DNA from: a virus
Lineage: Duplodnaviria > Caudoviricetes
DNA: 59,340 bases
Strand: one strand, 5' to 3'
Virus record (IMG/VR): IMGVR_UViG_3300010373_000051
Span: 1 to 59,340 of that record
In this document: piece after piece, positions 1 to 7,601 of the stretch
How positions within the stretch are numbered: the stretch's first letter is position 1
Layout of the letters: each line of letters begins with the position of its first letter
Made by a program: the position numbers and the translations under genes
Notes under the pieces: model-generated
Told to the model about the DNA's origin: nothing
Seen by the model: only the letters and a program-made list of their open reading frames with translations
Databases searched by the model: none

Positions 1-439
1 GAAACCCTCGGATGATAAGCACCCTGGCACTCGTCAGGTTGAGAATAAGGAGATCAAGATGGATCAGGAATTGAAGGATGCCTTCAAGGGCATTTCCGAC
101 ACCCTGGCAGGTCTGGTCGCCAAGGATAAGGCTGCTGAAGCCGCAGAAGCTCAGGTGAAGGCAGACCAGTCTGCTGTGACGAGTGCTGTGGAAGCCTATG
201 CGGCTGCTGAGAAGGCAATTGCCGACGCAGACCTCCTTGACGTTCAGGTTGAGTCGCTTCGTGCGGCTGCTAAGGCCGGCCAGGACATTGCCCCGCTCAT
301 TGAATCGGCTAAGGCCGTCAAGGATGCGGCTGTTAAGGCCGTTAAGGAGTCGGCTGAGGAAGAGCCTCACCCGGGGGCGCTCTTCGGTAGCACCCGAACG
401 GTCGAATCGGCTGTCGAGCTTGGAAAGGTGTTTGGCTAA
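1..439 (+). CDS. C-terminal scaffolding region of capsid protease/scaffold gene; probable separately initiated scaffold protein from ATG 59
   Basis: Frame 2..439 is open and continues the 58841 ORF across the junction; AATAAGGAG RBS precedes ATG 59; Ala/Lys/Glu-rich helical protein just upstream of the capsid genes. Confidence 0.8.
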   Translation, partial: KPSDDKHPGTRQVENKEIKMDQELKDAFKGISDTLAGLVAKDKAAEAAEAQVKADQSAVTSAVEAYAAAEKAIADADLLDVQVESLRAAAKAGQDIAPLIESAKAVKDAAVKAVKESAEEEPHPGALFGSTRTVESAVELGKVFG

Positions 440-882
440 TGGCAACGAACATGTTCAAGAAGTACACCGAGGCTAAGACCCGCGAATGGCCTGTACCCGC
501 AGGTACGCAGGCAGGTGCACTCGTAATTAACGCGCTTAGTGGGCAGGTAGGTGTTACACTTACCGCTCGTGGCGACTCCACGACCGCCGTGAACATTCCT
601 GGCGTGACGGGCGGTACGGTCCCCAACGGTGGCGCAGGCAATAAGCCTAACTCGGCTACGGTCGCAGTTGATGGCACCTGGCTGTTCAACGTCCCCGGAT
701 CGACCAACGGAGACACCAACCCGGCTACCGGCACCGCAGGCACCGCCGAAGGTACCAAGGTGTACCGGACCTCCGCGGGCGCACTTACCCTCACTGAAGG
801 TAGCAACACCCTCATCGGTGTTATTGATGACGGCGTTATCGTGAACAACGTCGCCCCGATCCTGATTGGAGCCGTACTCTAA
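439..882 (+). CDS. Capsid decoration/cement protein (DUF2190-like)
   Basis: Small Gly/Thr-rich beta protein between scaffold and major capsid; overlapping stop/start codons. Confidence 0.65.
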   Translation: MATNMFKKYTEAKTREWPVPAGTQAGALVINALSGQVGVTLTARGDSTTAVNIPGVTGGTVPNGGAGNKPNSATVAVDGTWLFNVPGSTNGDTNPATGTAGTAEGTKVYRTSAGALTLTEGSNTLIGVIDDGVIVNNVAPILIGAVL

Positions 883-2039
883 TGGCACTCGACATCACCG
901 CTGGCGGTAAGCTCACCGTCAACCCGTTTGTTACTCAGCGCAAGGTAGAGCACATTGCAAGCCTGGTCGAGGGTGCACGCCTCGGTGGATACGCCGGAGA
1001 GCGTGCCCGCACAGACCTCGCTGAGACGCTTTCGACCTCTGATGCTCCCCACTCGTTCGCGCACCTGGTCAACCTTCGTAACCTCCCCCTCACTGAGGCG
1101 GATGAGCCGGACTATGACCCGATCACGACGAACGAGATCGCTCCGGACTTCCGCCCCATCCAGTTCTCGGCTCTGAAGGCTAACTTCCAGAACCTTGAGC
1201 ACGGTAAGGATAACGACGGTCAGCGTATCGCTCCCGAGGTTGCTGAGCTGGACACCTACCAGTACGCCTTCGGCTACACGCAGTTGGATACCTCGCTGGC
1301 AGTTGGTAAGCGCGGCTTCAAGGTTGGTTGGTCGCTTGAGCGTGGTGTGAACGATCCGTTCGGCCTCATCAACCGGTTCCCGACTGATATGCTCCGCGTG
1401 GGCCGCAAGACCGATCAGTACGTGAGGGGCCGTGCGCTCCGTCAGGGCACCACGGCAGCTTCGCAGCTCCAGGCCGGTACCGACATCATCACTGATAAGG
1501 CTGTCCCGGTCAACTCCCCGCTCACGGGCGAGGCTCTTCGGGTTGGTATGCGCCAGATCGGACAGCGTGTTGACTCTGAGGGTAACCGTGTCAACCTCCC
1601 GAGCCGCCTCCGCCTCGTAGTTTCGGCGGGTGCGGGTGAGGACGCAGAGTTTGCAATCGCACAGGCTCGCGGTCTCGTCTCGCTCCAGGATGGACTCCTC
1701 ACCTACAGTGCGGCTTCAACCCGGGCGTTTGACACGCTGGGCCGTATCCGTGGCGTGATCGAGGATGAGTTCCTTGCTGACGGCGAGTGGTACCTGGTCC
1801 CCGAGGACGGCACTACGGAGATTCCGGCTCTCGTGCGTGTGACCCTCGCAGGTTACACGATGCCCGAGGTCTACGTTTCGAACTGGAACGGCTCACCTGT
1901 TATGGGTGGCGCTTCCAACAGCCCATTCCAGGCTTACTCGTTCGATAACGACAGCATCGACCTGAAGTTCCGCCAGTTCGTGAACGCGGCGATCTTCTCG
2001 GAAGACGCCATCGTGTGGTCTGACGGCACCGGCGCGTAG
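882..2039 (+). CDS. Major capsid protein
   Basis: 385 aa; position after protease/scaffold; followed by a strong terminator. Confidence 0.85.
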   Translation: MALDITAGGKLTVNPFVTQRKVEHIASLVEGARLGGYAGERARTDLAETLSTSDAPHSFAHLVNLRNLPLTEADEPDYDPITTNEIAPDFRPIQFSALKANFQNLEHGKDNDGQRIAPEVAELDTYQYAFGYTQLDTSLAVGKRGFKVGWSLERGVNDPFGLINRFPTDMLRVGRKTDQYVRGRALRQGTTAASQLQAGTDIITDKAVPVNSPLTGEALRVGMRQIGQRVDSEGNRVNLPSRLRLVVSAGAGEDAEFAIAQARGLVSLQDGLLTYSAASTRAFDTLGRIRGVIEDEFLADGEWYLVPEDGTTEIPALVRVTLAGYTMPEVYVSNWNGSPVMGGASNSPFQAYSFDNDSIDLKFRQFVNAAIFSEDAIVWSDGTGA

Positions 2040-2053
2040 CCTAACCTCTTGAT

Positions 2054-2093
2054 AACCCCTCTCCTGCTTCGGTGGGAGAGGGGTTTTCTGTTT
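2054..2093 (+). terminator. Intrinsic terminator after capsid gene
   Basis: AACCCCTCTCC...GGAGAGGGGTT hairpin followed by a T-rich tract. Confidence 0.85.
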
Positions 2094-2111
2094 ATGCCCG
2101 TTAATCAGTCG

Positions 2112-2120
2112 TGATACAAT
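2112..2120 (+). promoter_or_regulatory. Extended -10 promoter TGATACAAT
   Basis: TGn-TAnnnT directly after a terminator and before RBS AGGAG. Confidence 0.6.
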
Positions 2121-2152
2121 TGTAAGATACGAATCCGACAAGGAGACAATGT

Positions 2153-2362
2153 ATGACCCTTTCCCCGATACCTCTCCGCGTAGTAACCGCACCGCCGGGC
2201 CACCCGACAGACCCCGGAGCAACGCCGGTCTACTTAGAGGTCTCAGAGGTCACTACAGGCGATCTCCCTGAGAACTCATCAGGTAAGGAGTGCGTACTGG
2301 TTTCAGACGGGGCGGGTAACGTTAGGTGGGTAGAAAAGTACGACTTCCTAAATAACGCCTAG
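2153..2362 (+). CDS. Small virion-associated protein
   Basis: AAGGAG RBS; N-terminus LxPIPL...GAxPV shared with the next gene. Confidence 0.65.
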   Translation: MTLSPIPLRVVTAPPGHPTDPGATPVYLEVSEVTTGDLPENSSGKECVLVSDGAGNVRWVEKYDFLNNA

Positions 2363-2402
2363 CTCGAACCCTATAAAAGCAGCCCTGACAAGGAGAATTC
2401 TA

Positions 2403-2867
2403 ATGGCACTTACACCAATCCCCCTTACCGCTGATGGCACCGGGCCGAAGGGCGCTGTACCTGTGTCCATTGCAGGTGGCGGCGGAGGTGAGCCAGTGGA
2501 GGTTCGCTGGGAAGACATTTCGAACCAGCCTGCGGTCATTGCAGCAGGTGCAACCCAGGCCGCGGCACGAACCGCGATTGGGGCAGGTACGTCAAACGTG
2601 GCAGTTGCCACTACGGCACCTGTAGCTCTTGCGGCAACCGCAGCAGTTGGAACCGGGACTTCTGCGGCCCGGGCAGACCACGTTCACCCCCTCCCGACCG
2701 CGGCTCAGGTAGGGGCTGCGGCGGCTACCCACAACCAGGCGGCGACAACAGTTACCGTTGCAGCAATCCCAGGGCTCACCGGAGCGAACGCACAGCTCGC
2801 TCTTGCTGATCTCCAGTCCCAGCTAACAGCCGCAGTAGCGCGTATTGCAGCATTGGAGACGCCCTAA
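2403..2867 (+). CDS. Head fiber/decoration-like protein
   Basis: AAGGAG RBS; WEDISNQPAVIAAGATQAAARTAIGAGTS and AARADHVHP fibre-type motifs; C-terminal coiled coil. Confidence 0.65.
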   Translation: MALTPIPLTADGTGPKGAVPVSIAGGGGGEPVEVRWEDISNQPAVIAAGATQAAARTAIGAGTSNVAVATTAPVALAATAAVGTGTSAARADHVHPLPTAAQVGAAAATHNQAATTVTVAAIPGLTGANAQLALADLQSQLTAAVARIAALETP

Positions 2868-2908
2868 TCTTCCGCTGATCTACTTCCTCTCTCCAGCGGA
2901 CAGAGGCT

Positions 2909-2951
2909 AAGCCCCCTCGTTCTGAGCCTAGCTCCGAGGGGGTTTAGTCTT
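2909..2951 (+). terminator. Intrinsic terminator
   Basis: TAAGCCCCCTCG...CGAGGGGGTTTA hairpin. Confidence 0.7.
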
Positions 2952-2994
2952 GCCGTGCTAAACTAGTAGGGACGCATTATACACGAGGAGTTGC

Positions 2995-3441
2995 ATGGCT
3001 ATCAACAAGGGTGTCGCCCCCGCGGACATGAATACAGATGTCGGTAAGCTTCGGGCTATTCTGGGGGACCTGGAGTATGTTGAGCTGACGCCCCCGGAGG
3101 CGGGGTTCGGGGATTACCGGCTCTTCGGAGACGCCGAGTTGACCGCTTTCCTTGAAACGGGAGGCTCTATCGAGATAGCCGCCTATTTTGCGTATATGAA
3201 CCTCGCCGCATCAGCCGCGATGGAGTCGAAGACGGTGAAGGACTTCGACCTCAGTATTGACCTTACTAAGAGGGCTACGGACCTGCGACTTATTGCTGCC
3301 GATTGGCGTAATCGTGGGGACGCACTTGCGGCGGACATCTTCGAGCTTTTCGATGTCAGTATTGATGACTGCTCTTGCCCCCCTGAGCTTGCAGCTAGGT
3401 CCGTCTGCCAAGGAGGGTGCCGTGGCGTACAGCTTTTCTAG
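2995..3441 (+). CDS. Head-to-tail adaptor
   Basis: DVGKLRAILGD...LFGDAELTAFL motif; position; promoter TGCTAAACT at 2956 and GAGGAG RBS. Confidence 0.7.
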   Translation: MAINKGVAPADMNTDVGKLRAILGDLEYVELTPPEAGFGDYRLFGDAELTAFLETGGSIEIAAYFAYMNLAASAAMESKTVKDFDLSIDLTKRATDLRLIAADWRNRGDALAADIFELFDVSIDDCSCPPELAARSVCQGGCRGVQLF

Positions 3442-4057
3442 TGGTAACTGGGGTAGAGAGGTTGCGGAGGTAACCGAGTCTGCGGAGTACCAGACGTGCA
3501 CCATCCGGGTCGATCACAGTGGCGGCGTCGTGACCGCCTATGACCACAAGACGAATCAAGACTTTACCACCCCTCGGACTATCAGCGAGATCGCATCAAC
3601 CGGGGATGACGATGACCTTCTCCTCGCACTTGGACTCATTGGGTCAGATGTTTTCCGCCAGAATACAGGCGTCCCGGTGGGTGTCATGGACTCGGTTTGG
3701 GTACGTGTACTGGATCGAGTTCATCTCGTCTTCGTATATGACAACGGCTGGCAGGAGCTTCCAGAGGATACCAAGCTGTACGAGGGACAAGCTCGCTTCA
3801 TCCCGGTCCGGTCAAGCGTATGGCAAGGCGGAGAAGCGCAGCTTAACGCTACCGCAATCCGCCCGGTGCGGTTCCAGGTGCCGTTTGCTGACCTTCCCCG
3901 CAGGGTGTACACCGGCTCTATCGTAACTATCTTGACCTCTCCATTCAACCCTAACTTGAACGGTCGAACCGCCAAGGTTACGGATGACTTCCAGGGCTCC
4001 ACCACTGCGTCACGAACAATCCACGCAATGATGGATGCGGATTCGGAGGACATGTGA
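3422..4057 (+). CDS. Head-tail stopper/closure-like protein
   Basis: GTG 3422 after AAGGAGG RBS, within ORF 3257..4057; LYEGQARF motif. Confidence 0.6.
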   Translation: MAYSFSSGNWGREVAEVTESAEYQTCTIRVDHSGGVVTAYDHKTNQDFTTPRTISEIASTGDDDDLLLALGLIGSDVFRQNTGVPVGVMDSVWVRVLDRVHLVFVYDNGWQELPEDTKLYEGQARFIPVRSSVWQGGEAQLNATAIRPVRFQVPFADLPRRVYTGSIVTILTSPFNPNLNGRTAKVTDDFQGSTTASRTIHAMMDADSEDM

Positions 4058-4464
4058 ACGTTCGATTGGTGAAGAAAGGAACCGGCCCCGATTCGGTTGC
4101 CTGGTTCCAAGGGATCGTGAAGAACATCGAAGACGGGGCACAGCGTGGCCTTGAAGAAGTGTCTTCCTCCGGGGAGACCCAGGTAAAGGGGTTTATCACG
4201 TCCCGAGGTGCCCGAACGTCCGGTCCTCGTGGACGATACGATACAGGAGAGATGTACAGTAAGGTCGGCTCCAAGACTTCAACCCACGTAAGTAACTTCG
4301 GGTGGATTAACGGATCAAAGCCTTACTTCGTGCTCCAAGAGGGCGGTTTTACCCATGTGAACTCTGGACAATGGATCGAGGGGATGTACGCAATTACAGA
4401 TTCCGCAGATAATACCTTCCAGCAGTTTAAGGCGCACATGGATCAGGTGGTAAGAGATGCTTAA
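4054..4464 (+). CDS. Tail completion/neck protein (HK97 gp10-like)
   Basis: RYDTGEM and YFVLQEGGF motifs; position. Confidence 0.6.
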   Translation: MNVRLVKKGTGPDSVAWFQGIVKNIEDGAQRGLEEVSSSGETQVKGFITSRGARTSGPRGRYDTGEMYSKVGSKTSTHVSNFGWINGSKPYFVLQEGGFTHVNSGQWIEGMYAITDSADNTFQQFKAHMDQVVRDA

Positions 4465-4891
4465 CCTAGTTGAAGTGCAGGATGAAATCCTGGCTCGCCT
4501 GGATGCGCTTCTCCCCATCCCTCTCCACGAGCAGGCCATCCCAGACTCCCAGACAGTGGTGAAGTCGAAGGGAAAGATCGAGCCTTATGCAGCGCTTCAG
4601 TTTGGCGATCTTCAGGACCGGGTTGAGGGACGTGGCTTCGGCGGGGTTCGATCCAACGACTATGAACTCCCTATCTACATCCAGGTGGTGTCAGCAGACA
4701 CGACTAAGGCCAGAAAGCTTGCGTCGGGCGTAGTCCTGGATGCGCTTTTGGGCTTCTCTCAATCCTGGACCGGAGAGGTGCGCAAGAAGGCGGGTGGGAG
4801 CATGTGGCCCATCGTAAACTCCAACGGAGCCACGGAGGCGTACCTGTTCCCGTCTTCGTGGGCTGTAACTGTCCAACTTCACGAGACATGA
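4457..4891 (+). CDS. Tail terminator protein
   Basis: 144 aa, upstream of tail tube genes. Confidence 0.6.
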   Translation: MLNLVEVQDEILARLDALLPIPLHEQAIPDSQTVVKSKGKIEPYAALQFGDLQDRVEGRGFGGVRSNDYELPIYIQVVSADTTKARKLASGVVLDALLGFSQSWTGEVRKKAGGSMWPIVNSNGATEAYLFPSSWAVTVQLHET

Positions 4892-4900
4892 TAGAATGGA

Positions 4901-5119
4901 ATGAGTATGAATGAATATGTGACTGTCCGCAACACCGTGACCGGGGGTGTTGGTAAAGTTCGCCGCTGGATCGCGGAGCACAGCCTTTTTGGCAAGGTTC
5001 TTGAGATCGTACCGGACGGCACTAAGCCCACCGTCCCCCTGAAGGTCCTTGTTGACAAGAAGCGAACTGCTCCCGTAGTGCCTGACAAGGCCCCAGAAAC
5101 TGATGAGGATGGCAAGTAA
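4901..5119 (+). CDS. Hypothetical protein
   Basis: ORF coupled to the next gene; promoter TGATAGAAT at 4889. Confidence 0.6.
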   Translation: MSMNEYVTVRNTVTGGVGKVRRWIAEHSLFGKVLEIVPDGTKPTVPLKVLVDKKRTAPVVPDKAPETDEDGK

Positions 5120-5670
5120 TGGCTAACGAACGCCTGTTTGGACCGAAGACTCGAATCGGTCTTGCGTCCGTGTTTCACTTCGAGGATTGGAAAGTTCCAA
5201 CCGCCGCGGAGATGAACGCAAACCCCACGAACAGCCTTACCGGCTCGAAGTGGGACCTCTCGTGTGCCCTGGACCTCGAAAGCACCACCTACGACCTCGG
5301 GGACTCAGACACCGATGACGAGCTGAGCTTCTGCCAGTGGGCGGGCGCAGAAGAGGCTACGGACTACAACCCAGAGATCGTCTTCACCCAGTTCGTCTCT
5401 AAGGCTCGGTACCTCGTGTCGGACCCCGCTACACAGGATCAGGCTAACACCGCGTTTGCCCTCCTGTTCGCCCGGGGCGTCGAATACTACGCTTGGATGT
5501 CTTGGGGCAAGGAGCCTGGTGAGCCTTTCGCAGTAGGGGACCACATCTGCCTCGTCCGGGTTATCACGGACTTCGAGGTACCTGACGTTAGCACCGGGTC
5601 TAACGCCAAACTCACATCCACCTTTGGATTCCGCACGGAAATCCTCTGGAACTCCGAGATCGCCGCGTAA
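5119..5670 (+). CDS. Tail tube (major tail) protein 1
   Basis: PTAAEMNA...DLSCAL...SDTDDELSFC...FAVGD actinophage tail-tube motifs. Confidence 0.7.
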   Translation: MANERLFGPKTRIGLASVFHFEDWKVPTAAEMNANPTNSLTGSKWDLSCALDLESTTYDLGDSDTDDELSFCQWAGAEEATDYNPEIVFTQFVSKARYLVSDPATQDQANTAFALLFARGVEYYAWMSWGKEPGEPFAVGDHICLVRVITDFEVPDVSTGSNAKLTSTFGFRTEILWNSEIAA

Positions 5671-5682
5671 GGGGGATAAGAC

Positions 5683-6471
5683 ATGGCTACTGAACCTGAT
5701 TACGACCGCCTAAGGTCTGACGAAGTTGTAACCGTATGGGGTGGACCCTCCGGAGGGGCCACGGGTATTACCGAGCTGGCTACCCCTGAAGCCGCGGAGC
5801 TTGCTGTTGGAAGCCCGTCACTGATGCTCAACTGGAGCCCATCCATCTCCTGGAACGATACCGACTTCGGTATCCAGGAGTCGGAGACTCTGAATGATCC
5901 GTCGTTTGCAGATGCTGCAACGTTTACGGAGTTTGGTGCTAAGAACTATGGCGGCACCTTCTCCTTCTACAAGCCCAATAAGCGGGGCGACAACTCAAAC
6001 AACCACTCCCTCGTTTACGATCAGACGAAGACTCCCCGTACCCGCATGGATATCGCGTGGCGTCTGGACGGAGATACGAAGACTACGGAGCCTGCGGCTG
6101 ATGGCGACTTCGTAAGCACGTTCCGCGCACAGACCGATAGCGACGCGAACGTGTGGGGCCAGCCGGACGCTCACAGGCGCACGGTTGGCTTCCTGGCGCG
6201 CGGTGCAGCCGAGTTCTGGACTATCGTTGGGGATCACGTCATCACGGTTACCCCTCCGGCATCGTTTGCTGCGGGCGACGTGGGACGCCTCCAGGCTGTC
6301 GTGCAGGATCGCGACTACTCCAGCGCACTGCTCTTTACCACGAGCAACCCCGCTGTTGTCCAGGTTGGCCGTGGTGGTCACTACAAGGTCATCGGCACCG
6401 GGACGGCAACCATCACCATCACCGATGAGGCCGCGCGTACCTCGACTACGGTACCTGTGACCGTAGCGTAA
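5683..6471 (+). CDS. Tail tube (major tail) protein 2 with C-terminal Ig-like (Big_2) domain
   Basis: Tube-like N-terminal part; FTTSNPAVVQV...GTGTATITIT Big_2 signature. Confidence 0.75.
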   Translation: MATEPDYDRLRSDEVVTVWGGPSGGATGITELATPEAAELAVGSPSLMLNWSPSISWNDTDFGIQESETLNDPSFADAATFTEFGAKNYGGTFSFYKPNKRGDNSNNHSLVYDQTKTPRTRMDIAWRLDGDTKTTEPAADGDFVSTFRAQTDSDANVWGQPDAHRRTVGFLARGAAEFWTIVGDHVITVTPPASFAAGDVGRLQAVVQDRDYSSALLFTTSNPAVVQVGRGGHYKVIGTGTATITITDEAARTSTTVPVTVA

Positions 6472-6500
6472 GGCATGATATACTGTTAGTGCAGCAGTAG

Positions 6501-6544
6501 TCAACCCCCCAGTGGATATTCTGCCGGGGGGTTGATTCATTTCT
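6501..6544 (+). terminator. Terminator-like hairpin before tail chaperone
   Basis: TCAACCCCCC...GGGGGGTTGA followed by TTCATTTCT. Confidence 0.65.
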
Positions 6545-6557
6545 AAGAGGAGAGAAC

Positions 6558-7130
6558 ATGACTGAGACGCCTGACGCCAAGACTTTTGATATCGTAGGGT
6601 TCCTTGCGGGACGCGACCTCCCAACGCGAGAGGTGAAGGTCCCTTTCGATGAGGACCTTCTCTTGCGAATCTCTGAGGTGGAGAAGGCGCGTAACAAGAT
6701 TGGCCTCTCCGAGGACGAGGTTGAGGCGTTGGATAAGGAGATGGACGAGCTTCAGGCCCGATACCGGGACGAGTCCTTCACCTTTACGATTAAGGCTATC
6801 CCCGAGCACGTTCGCCGTGACATCACGGACAAGAACCTCCGAGATCACCCTATTACCACGGATGCTTTCGGACGTGAACAGCCTGATCCCGAGGCCAATG
6901 CCGCCCTTGCCCTTTCCACTTGGGCTGCATATGTACTGAGCGTCACTGACCCATCCGGAGCTACTAGCCCAGTGGGGGAGTCCGGCGCAAAGGCACTTTA
7001 TGACAACGCGCCCGCTGCGGTACACATGGCTCTCAACGAGGGTATCAGCGAGGTTATGGCGGGCTCCACGAAGGGATTTAAGGTCGCACAGGGCCTCAAT
7101 TTTTTGTCCGATGCCTCTCCCGAGGGCTAA
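6558..7130 (+). CDS. Tail assembly chaperone (G)
   Basis: Between tail tube and tape measure genes; in-frame slippery heptamer T TTT TTG near the 3' end. Confidence 0.8.
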   Translation: MTETPDAKTFDIVGFLAGRDLPTREVKVPFDEDLLLRISEVEKARNKIGLSEDEVEALDKEMDELQARYRDESFTFTIKAIPEHVRRDITDKNLRDHPITTDAFGREQPDPEANAALALSTWAAYVLSVTDPSGATSPVGESGAKALYDNAPAAVHMALNEGISEVMAGSTKGFKVAQGLNFLSDASPEG

Positions 7131-7555
7131 GTCGGGGTTACGTCTCCCACATCCGGGCCGCTAAAGAGTGGGGTGAGCGCCCTACCGCGGTTCTCATGCG
7201 GGACCCGTACTTCGGGCACCGGGATTTCTTCACTGGTGAACCACTTCGAGACAAAGACGAGTGGACTGACTGGGATTACGCTCTCGTAGCCGCTTACCAG
7301 ACTGTACAGGACATGACCAACAAGCATGGTCTTCTCGTCCACGAGGTTGAGTCGGATCGAGTAATGGTGTCCGCAGTCAAGAAGATCGACCGCTTCCAGG
7401 CTCAGGTAGATCGAGCGACTAAGGGCAGTAAGGCCAAGGGGTACACCCCTGACCCGGGCGAGTACTTCGAACCTAAGCTCGAACTCCGGTTCGGAGATGA
7501 ATGGCCTACCCTCGAAGACCACTGGGCTGACCTGGCAGAACGCAGTTCAGACTAA
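7100..7555 (+). CDS. Tail assembly chaperone frameshift extension (GT), -1 frame
   Basis: The -1 frame is open from 7100 through ORF 7196..7555. Confidence 0.75.
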   Translation, partial: FFVRCLSRGLSRGYVSHIRAAKEWGERPTAVLMRDPYFGHRDFFTGEPLRDKDEWTDWDYALVAAYQTVQDMTNKHGLLVHEVESDRVMVSAVKKIDRFQAQVDRATKGSKAKGYTPDPGEYFEPKLELRFGDEWPTLEDHWADLAERSSD

Positions 7556-7601
7556 CTGGTACAATAGAGGGTAGTACAGTGTAGCATATTGAGGCGGGTT
7601 T

